The notes below the pieces were generated by a model. It was not told the origin of the DNA. It was given only the letters and a program-made list of their open reading frames with translations, and ran no database searches. A stretch of DNA of 60,083 nt, filler included, from Hausera hauseri (lineage: Eukaryota): the NCBI GenBank assembly GCA_046269625.1. It is 10 parts of 10 records of this genome, joined end to end, with 100 filler letters (N's around TTAATTAATTAA, not from the genome) between each part and the next. Parts side by side here need not be neighbours in the genome. Positions count along the whole stretch, not along the records: positions 45,822 to 53,937 come from JBJURY010764317.1; positions 54,038 to 60,083 come from JBJURY010148755.1; 8 more parts are not named here. One strand, given 5' to 3'. Position 1 is the first letter of the stretch; every line of letters starts with the position of its first letter. This document shows positions 52,756 to 60,083 of this stretch, one piece after another. The translations under genes were made by a program, and so were the position numbers.

Positions 52756-54374
52756 GTATTTGAATGTTGTGCAAATAATATCGTTATTGGTTATTGTTGT
52801 TTTTTTGTTTGATGGACCCTGCCAGGGTTTGTGTTGTGTGTATGTATGGATGTGTGCCTGATAAATTCAGTATGTATGTTTTGAGCCTCAAAATTAATGG
52901 TGGAGAGAATCCCCCGGAGAGGAGCACTCCGTTAAAAATAGCTAGGCATGATGCCAAAACTAATCTAAATCTATTTTTATATCACTATATATTGTCTAAG
53001 GGGGGTTTGGAATTTTCAGAGAGTTATCAATTGGGATTCAGAGGATTTGAAGTGAGGGAGAGGATGGAGGTAGCAGAATTGTGTAATGAAGGATTAGAAA
53101 TATTCCGAGTAACAATAAGGGTATTGTATACAAGTTTGTATTTCGATGTGGTGCAAATGGCGACACGTACTCGTCGATATTGGCGTTCTACAAGATCAAG
53201 TGAGTTATTGTTGACGAGGATATTAATGAAAGAAGGAGAATCTTGGAAGTTAAACAAGAGAATATTGAGGTCTATTAGAAATTCAACAAACGAAACGTCG
53301 AGATGCAATATTGGGGGAAACCGAAGAGATATAGTGGGTAATTTAAGGGGCAGAACATGCGATGAAAAAACGAATTTATCATTTAAATATTATGGAGATC
53401 CAATAAATGGTAGCAGAGCGTGGTTTACACTCCCCCTTGTGATCCGGGAGTGTGAACCACGACTTCTGATTGTCTTGAGAAGTTTCCATGTCCTTCTCCT
53501 TGGCTCCGGTACTTTTCATTTTCGTTATTTTAATGTTGAACAGGCGAAAATCTTCTCGAGAGACACCCAACTCACAGATCAAGTCGAAGAAGGTTATGAA
53601 AGTGCTTCTGTTAGTTGCGGTGAAATTAAAGAAGTGCCGCCTTATAACAGAATGGTTCGGTCTTGGGCAGAGTGCCGATTAAAATTAAAACAAATGGCCA
53701 TATTTTTTAAAAGAACTTGGCTGGATACCAGAGCGACGGAGAACCGAAAATTGAAAAGTTTCAAAGAGTTGGAAAGGCACTGGATAAGGAAAGAAGAAAG
53801 TCACGCTTCTCAGGTAAAAAGAGTTATGGAAACGAGTAGGTGTTAAGATGGAAATACTAAGGAAGTCTCGACAGAATAGGGGAAGGATGTTAGTTTTAAA
53901 GAGGTCTATATAAGAGTTAATGAAGGCGTTTTGATCCNNNNNNNNNNNNNNNNNNNNNNNNNNNNNNNNNNNNNNNNNNNNTTAATTAATTAANNNNNNN
54001 NNNNNNNNNNNNNNNNNNNNNNNNNNNNNNNNNNNNNAACAAAAGTGTTGCATATGGCCATTATTGTATTCAAACTGTAAATATTTGATTGTGTTGTAAC
54101 TGTTATATTAATAAGTATTTTACATTATGTCTTATGTTGTTTTTGTTTGTTAGGCTTTTAGTAGCTATATACCATAATTTAGACAAAAGCAATTTACCAA
54201 AATTTAAACAAAAAATGTTTGGAGCGAAATTCAAAATTTTAAGTCCACAATCAAACCATGCAGTACACTTCATTATCATACGCACAAACATGATTGTGTG
54301 TCTCCTATCTACGTTCTATTAACCGTGCGTATGTGTATCATTTTTTTTATCACATGACACATCCGTGAACCATA

Positions 54375-54980
54375 TTAATTTTTTCCTCCATGGGGGGGGG
54401 TGGGGGATGGTACTGTGCTCATGCGCTCCCTTTCTTCTACTGTTGTCTTAGACGGCATATCTACATCAGCAGCAACCGTGACGTTATGATAATGATTAAC
54501 ATCGACAAAGGCAATAGTATTGGTTAAACAAGACCTTTGATTAAGGCTTCTACTTAAAACAATTAAATTGACTGAGGTCGCTGCAGCTTGTGCATGATTT
54601 AGTATTTGCTTGAGCAATGCTAAGGGATCTCTTTTTGAACCGGAAGTAAAATTGAAAGTGTTTGTTGAGTTAAAATTAACTCAGTTATAAAATTTTGATT
54701 GAAGTTGAGCAAATTTGATAGGATCGTATACGTCTGCTAGAATAAATTTGTTATTTAGTGGGGAAAACTATTTACCACTATACAGATAGACACCTTGAAC
54801 AGCGATAATCTCGTCTCCAGCTAGAAGTCTTCCGTCAAAATGGGCTGCACCGTCAGGAATAATTGATTTGATAAGAACTCTATTTTTTAAAGAAAGTAGC
54901 CCATGACACGTTGAGCAGAAAGTATGAGAGGATTCGTCAATATTCGTTGCATGGTTATTATTAAACTGGTTGTATTCAAC
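54375..54980 (-). pseudogene. PDZ-domain gene fragment with an in-frame stop
   Basis: VLIKSIIPDGAAHFDGRLLAGDEIIAVQG (PDZ core), a ~39-nt GT-AG intron, an in-frame TGA near 54680, then LKQILNHAQAAATSVNLIV. Confidence 0.7.
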
Positions 54981-55259
54981 ACCTCATGATCAACTTGGTT
55001 AAATGAGGTCTTCAATTGAAATCGATTGTGACAATTTGCATGGATATCATTGTGTGACATTTGACTTACACCTCAACGGACACTAATTCCTAACGTAGCA
55101 TTTGGAGCTTTGTTTGATTGTTGCGACTTCGTTGTATAAGAAGCTGAAAACAATTTGTTTTGGTGATGCAGAGGAATTGCTGGAGGTTCGTTTCTGTTTT
55201 CCAAAGACTGAATTTTTTTGTTCTGATTAGTTGAGGCATTTGAGATATAAAGAATAATA

Positions 55260-58200
55260 TGTATCGACTCAGATGTCCATATTTCAGTGATGGCGGAGAA
55301 ATCTGGATGTTTAAGTTTCAACTTTCCGGGGCAAATCGGACCCGAACTAGGTACCCGACGCGGCGGCAACGGAGTCCCGGCCGTGCCCAACCAAATGGTC
55401 CAAAGAGCACCGGCCGCTGTGGGCACCACATCAGCCCCGGTGGCAAAGTAAAAACTATAAAGGGTAAAAGAGACAGAGAAAAAATCGCAAAACGAAAAAG
55501 TATCTGTGTCAGTCGGTCTTAGTGTGACCAAGACGTTGGGTGCCTTCTAGTGATTTTTCCCTGCTATATTTGCTAAATGTGACTCTGCGTGTTTTGTCTT
55601 TGTACGTTGTGTTTGTTTGCAGAGTTTGAAGTGGAGGAAAAATTGTCGGATTTTGTTGCAAGTGTTATGTCGTGCAAAGATGAGTCGGAATAAAGAAAAG
55701 AAGAAGGTGAATGAGGAAGAGAGATTGCTGACGACGAAGGAATGATTAAAGGTGTAGTGGCGGATAAAGGAAGAGAGAAAGTAGTTGGAGTAGAAGTTGG
55801 AATTGGATTGTGTGAGAAAGTGAAAGTGGAAGATGAAACAGAAGTAGTAGAGAGAGGAAGAGAAATAGGGATAGAGGTAAAGAGAGGAGGAAGTTGCAAA
55901 GCCGAAATGAAAGTGGTAAAAGATGGTGTGTGAGGAGAGAGGGGGGAAGAAAGTTCCGAAGATGAGGAAGGTGTCGAAGGCGAATGAGAGAGATAGAGAA
56001 AAAAAACGTCGAAGAGGTACAAGGCGAAATAGAGGAAGAAGATAGAGAAGGCAAAGAAAAGTAGTTGGAGCGTAGTATGCAAGAGGTTGGAATGATGAAA
56101 GGTGTAGATGGAAAGATTGGTGAAGTCTTAGTGGTGTTTGATGGAGGAAGTATTGTAAGAGGAGAGAGCAGGTTGTTACCAGGGGATGGAGGAGGTGTTG
56201 AAAGGCTTGAAGGTGCAAAATAGGATGGGGAGAAAAGGCTTAATTGTGCAAAGAAATTGAAGTGGAATTTTGGAAGAGAACGTAGGGAAAAATGGATTAT
56301 GAAATTGAGCAGAGATGGAAAGTGAATTGTTGGATTGCTGCGCGTCGTGTAAAGATGTTGGTGGAGAAGTAGCTTCGATGGGAGACGTACCGTCGATGAA
56401 AAAAGCCGGCTTAGCGTTGTTAATGTGAACTGTTACTTCTTTGTTGTCTTTGAGAATGATGATGTTGTGAGAGTGTAAGCGAATTACTTTGTAAGGGCCG
56501 AAATACTGGGGTTGAAAACCACACGGCGTCTGATTCTTTAGTTAAACAAACTTGGCAGTATATAAATCGTCGGGCATGTAGGGTTTATTTGCGTGTAACA
56601 ATCTGCAAAATGAGTCTTTGCTGATCTTAACGAAGTGTCTCTGTGCCGCTTGTATAGTTTCGTCTGTAGGAGTGTTGTCCAATCAGTCAGCTCGAATAGT
56701 GATCTGACGGAAGTTCCACATAATGCTTCTGCAGGTGAACATCCTGTATAAGTAGATGGTGTCTTCCGCTAGCCAAGAAGAATACGCGGAAGGAGTGTAG
56801 TCCAACTGTCATTAGACTCAGCGAGGATTTTGAAAGACGTTTTCATTGTTCGGTGGAAACGTTCCAGAAAACCATTCAGTTGGGGATGATATGGTGACGT
56901 ATGAATGTGGTTAATTCCTAATCGATTGACAAGAGCTTTAAACAGGTTAGATTCGAACTGTGAACCTTTGTCCGAAATGATGTGGCAAGGTGATCCAAAC
57001 CTGCTGATCCAAGTGCGGATGAGAACGTCTGCGATTGTTTCTGTGTTCGTGCTCCGAAACGGGACAACCTATGGCCATCGCAAGGAACGGTCCATCATAG
57101 TAAGGATGAACTGATGGCCGTTGTCTAAGGATAATTGGCCTAAATGTCAATGTGAACAAATTTGAAACGAGACGTGTAGGGGAAATGAAATAGTGGTGGC
57201 TTTAGGTGCTTAGTAACTTTGTATTTTTGGCATGCCACACACTGCCTAACCCATGCCTGCACGTCAGAGTGCATCGACGGTCATACTAATTGGCGATGTA
57301 AGAGGCGAAAAGTGGTCTTGGCACCAGGATGATGCAACGAATGTACGCTGTGGAACGCTTTCTTTTGAAACGATTCAGAAAGAATGATTTTTGGATTATT
57401 AGGTTTGGAGGTGTCAAAGGCCACACCGTCGATGGTTTTGCAAGATTTAAAAGATTTAAGGATGACAGAAGGTGGCTGGTTTTGTTGAAGCTTGGTTTGA
57501 GGAAAATTGGTGTAAAATCAATCGAGCTGACCGATCTGGACAAAAAGTCAGCTATTAAATTGTCGACTTCGTTTAAATGTTTAATTTGAAAATTAGATGT
57601 TGACAAATACAATATTTGCCTTTCCTGACGTGGAGAAGGCGATTTCATGGTGAGAATTTGAAGCAAGGGCTTGTGGTCCGTTTGTATGGTAAAAGTTCAT
57701 GCAGTTAGGAGATGTTTGAAGTGTTTTACGGCAAGGACCATTGCAAAGAACTCGCGGTCAAAAGTGGAATACTGTTGTTCTTGTGCTGTGAATTTTCGAG
57801 AGAAGAACTCTAATGGCTCATGAGATCCATTTTTGACTTGATGGAGGACAGCACCTGCAGCTGTTATGGGTGCATCCGTGGTTAAGAAGAGTTCTGCATG
57901 GGAGTTTAAATAGGCCAGGATTTCAACCGTTTTTAAATTTTCTTTGAGACGATAGAAAGCATTGATTAAAGTGACGGTGCATTGAACAGGCTGTTTCTTC
58001 TTGCCAGAGTTTAGTGATGCAAATGGAGCGGTTAGAGTGGAACCGTGCGGAACGTACTTATGAATAAAGTGCAAAGTTCCAAGGAAAGAACGCATCTCTG
58101 TAGATGTTCGTGGTAGTTGTATGTTTTTTAGCTGAGTGATGCGATCCGGCTGAGGTGAATGTCCAGAGGAGCTAATAACATGTCCTAGAAAATTGACCTT

Positions 58201-58577
58201 ATGTTGAAAAAATGTGCATTTGGAGAAGTTAATTTGTAAATTGTTTTGGTGCAAGCGCTGGAAGATTAAACGTAAGTGTGCAGAGTGTTGCTTGGTGGAA
58301 GGTGAGGCAATTAAGATGTCATCAATATAGGGATAGGCGAAGTCAAAGCCTTATAGGACTGTGTCGATATGCCTTTGGAAAGTCTAATAAGCGCTGCGGT
58401 GTCCAAAATGCATGAAGAGATACTCGAAAAGGCCAAAAGGTGTAATGACAGCCGTTTTGGGGATGTCTGCTGGTGACACCGGAATTTGGTGGTATGCTTT
58501 ATGTAGATCAATGCAGGAGAAGACTGTTGCACCATGGAGCGTGTGAAGGATATTGTTGACTAATGGTAGAGGGTAGG
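55260..58577 (-). mobile_element. Decayed Ty3/Gypsy LTR retrotransposon (RT, RNase H, integrase, GPY/F, low-complexity tail, ~171-bp 3' LTR at 55260-55430)
   Basis: YPLP, IDLHKAYHQIP, KTAVITPFGLFEY, YIDDILIAS, LTTDA..AGAVLHQ, YSTFDRE, TDHKPL, YHPQLNGFLERFHRT, FGPYKV. Candidate LTR TGTGGTGCCCAC...GATACA. Confidence 0.92.
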
Positions 58578-59449
58578 TGTAAGGTTGCACCTTACAAAAA
58601 ATAAAATAAATAAAATCAGTAAAATTAATTAAATAACCACAAAAATTCAAGACAGAAACAAATAGCAAAATCAAAAAATAAACAAATCACGAATTCGCCC
58701 AAAAATATAAATAACAAAAGTCTGGATTTAAACCAATTTTTGTTTAAATCCACAGATTAGCAGAAGAGTTGAACAGTTCAAAAAGGGGAAATCCACAACT
58801 CTACCAAATCCGCATCGTTGACATCGTCGCCGTCAGTCGCAGACGCCACCGCAACATCATCGTCATTTCCGAGAACAAATTGAATGGACGATCTACCGAC
58901 ATTGCTCAATCTATTCGATGATCGAGGGATATTGATCATTGACGATGGAAATTACTAAAATTATAACGAGCCCATCATTCATCAATCCGTGATGGACCTT
59001 GTCCACCCGCTCGACTACATCACGTAGTCTCCTTACAACTGACGAAAGCTCATCAGAATTCCCATCTTCTCTATCAGGAATCAAATACCAATTCGATAGA
59101 ATGGATGCAGATATAACGCAGATAATCTACTGATTACTTTCTTTAATATTCTGATCATATTTATTTAGCCTTTCTGCAGATGGCCAGACGCGACGTACAG
59201 ACGAAACAACCTCAACCAAATACCACATGGCGTCGAGGACGTCTCCGCCAACTACTTACACGGTGTCGAGTCCAACTCCACCTACACACGACGTCGAGAT
59301 TACTCCGTCAACCCATGTTTATTAAAAACAAACCTTCTTACCTGAAGTTGTTGTTTTCCCGCGTTTTCACTAGTTGTTTTATCGACTGCATTAGAGTACT
59401 TGTATTGTGCGGCCTATACAAGGCTTTTGCCCAATAAAAAACTTCTAAA
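58578..59449 (+). mobile_element. Candidate 5' LTR (~870 bp) of a younger LTR element inserted into the RT of the older Gypsy
   Basis: The older RT breaks exactly where TGTAAGG starts (58578). AATAAA at ~59433; the segment ends immediately before a tRNA primer-binding site. The expected terminal CA is not intact. Confidence 0.6.
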
Positions 59450-59450
59450 A

Positions 59451-59461
59451 TGGTGGCAGCG
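59451..59461 (+). promoter_or_regulatory. Primer-binding site complementary to the tRNA-Leu 3' end
   Basis: TGGTGGCAGCG is the reverse complement of ...CGCTGCCACCA-3', a common Gypsy PBS. It lies between the candidate LTR and the gag ORF. Confidence 0.75.
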
Positions 59462-59620
59462 AATACCGCACTCACGTCCCTTTCGGACAGAACCGTGGAA
59501 ATTAATCCGGTAAAAACCATTAATAGTGCCGTCGAAAACAATCCGACCACAAATACCCAATTCACTATATGTGATAACACGGGACCCGTTAACCACACGG
59601 TTATCAATCCGAAAATCACA

Positions 59621-60083
59621 ATGAGTGATTCTGAACAAGTTCTAAGATATACTAGCACTCACACACACGATGATAACGTCAACTTGGTGCACAAATCCGA
59701 TAAAGCAACTACCCCGCCAGAAATCCATTTTCTTGTGCGCGGCCTACACAACACGAAAGCTCATCGCTTCCCCTCGACTCTAACTATGTCAGGAATGCTG
59801 GAAGTTTTAGACCTACAGTATCCTGAACATACATTTTCCTATAATGGAAAATTATTACGCAAGAATAATTGCGTAATCAACACAATTCTGGTAGATAATA
59901 CCATCATACTAGCGACTCCCAAACTAAAAGGAGGCGTCGACAACCTTACGCCTGACAAAAAAGCAGAAACTGCTTCAGCAACACAGGCTAAACCACCCAA
60001 ATTACAATGTCCAACCTTTTTCATAGGTTCGGACGGAACGCCATTGAAGTGGTTCCATGTGTTTGAAACATGGGCTACTCAAT
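59621..60083 (+). CDS. gag: Gag ORF (5' part, runs off window) with N-terminal ubiquitin-like domain ending in LKGG
   Basis: Absent from the ORF track because it has no stop in the window. Translation: MSDSEQ...PPEIHFLVRGLHNTKAHRFPSTLTMSGMLEVLDLQYPEHTFSYNGKLLRKNNCVINTILVDNTIILATPKLKGG-VDNL...KPPKLQCPTFFIGSDGTPLKWFHVFETWATQ. The last part fits the P.F.G....W...FE start of Gypsy capsid domains. Confidence 0.75.
   Translation, partial: MSDSEQVLRYTSTHTHDDNVNLVHKSDKATTPPEIHFLVRGLHNTKAHRFPSTLTMSGMLEVLDLQYPEHTFSYNGKLLRKNNCVINTILVDNTIILATPKLKGGVDNLTPDKKAETASATQAKPPKLQCPTFFIGSDGTPLKWFHVFETWATQ

Noticed and set aside
4254-54037. TTAATTAATTAA palindromes and gene neighbourhoods across them (e.g. PolB next to the glycoprotein element as one virus)
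   Set aside because: They are artificial linkers, so adjacency across them has no biological meaning.
55547-56218. F/L/S-rich ORFs as membrane proteins or env
   Set aside because: They come from the pyrimidine-rich low-complexity tail of the Gypsy element, open in several frames, with no env motifs.
59450-59620. Upstream in-frame ATG as the gag start
   Set aside because: It overlaps the LTR end and PBS (A+TGG); the ATG at 59621 is more plausible.

Overview
This window is not one locus. It is ten unrelated eukaryotic contigs joined by artificial 100-nt linkers (N44-TTAATTAATTAA-N44), plus one 100-N scaffold gap at 43633-43732. (1) 1-4253: decayed LTR-retroelement polyprotein region on the - strand, reading Gag zinc knuckle, long unknown region, ubiquitin-like domain, signal peptide, chuvirus-type glycoprotein. 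(2) 4354-8947: frameshifted Polinton/adintovirus-type protein-primed DNA polymerase B. (3, 4) 9048-19211: non-coding, teleost-like DNA with SINE, RTE LINE, Tc1 and MITE relics. (5) 19312-30138: 7-exon trithorax/KMT2A-B-like gene whose first ~2,200 codons are intact but whose FYRC-SET-postSET end is decayed. (6) 30239-34843: last exon of a TRAF-type MATH gene, MITEs and a GlyRS pseudogene fragment. (7) 34944-39340: decayed Gypsy pol and a BEL/Pao gag relic. (8) 39441-45721: mariner pseudogene and a very large acidic protein with long internal repeats. (9) 45822-53937: ~5.9-kb complex satellite abutting an unknown gene. (10) 54038-60083: PDZ gene relic and a decayed Gypsy element, interrupted by a younger LTR element whose Gag begins with a ubiquitin-like domain ending in LKGG. 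The strongest leads are ubiquitin-like domains in two LTR-retroelement polyproteins (one with an intact di-glycine site, one upstream of a viral fusion glycoprotein) and a trithorax gene that seems to have lost only the part downstream of its Taspase1 site. All assignments come from manual motif reading; no searches were run and the source organisms are not identified.
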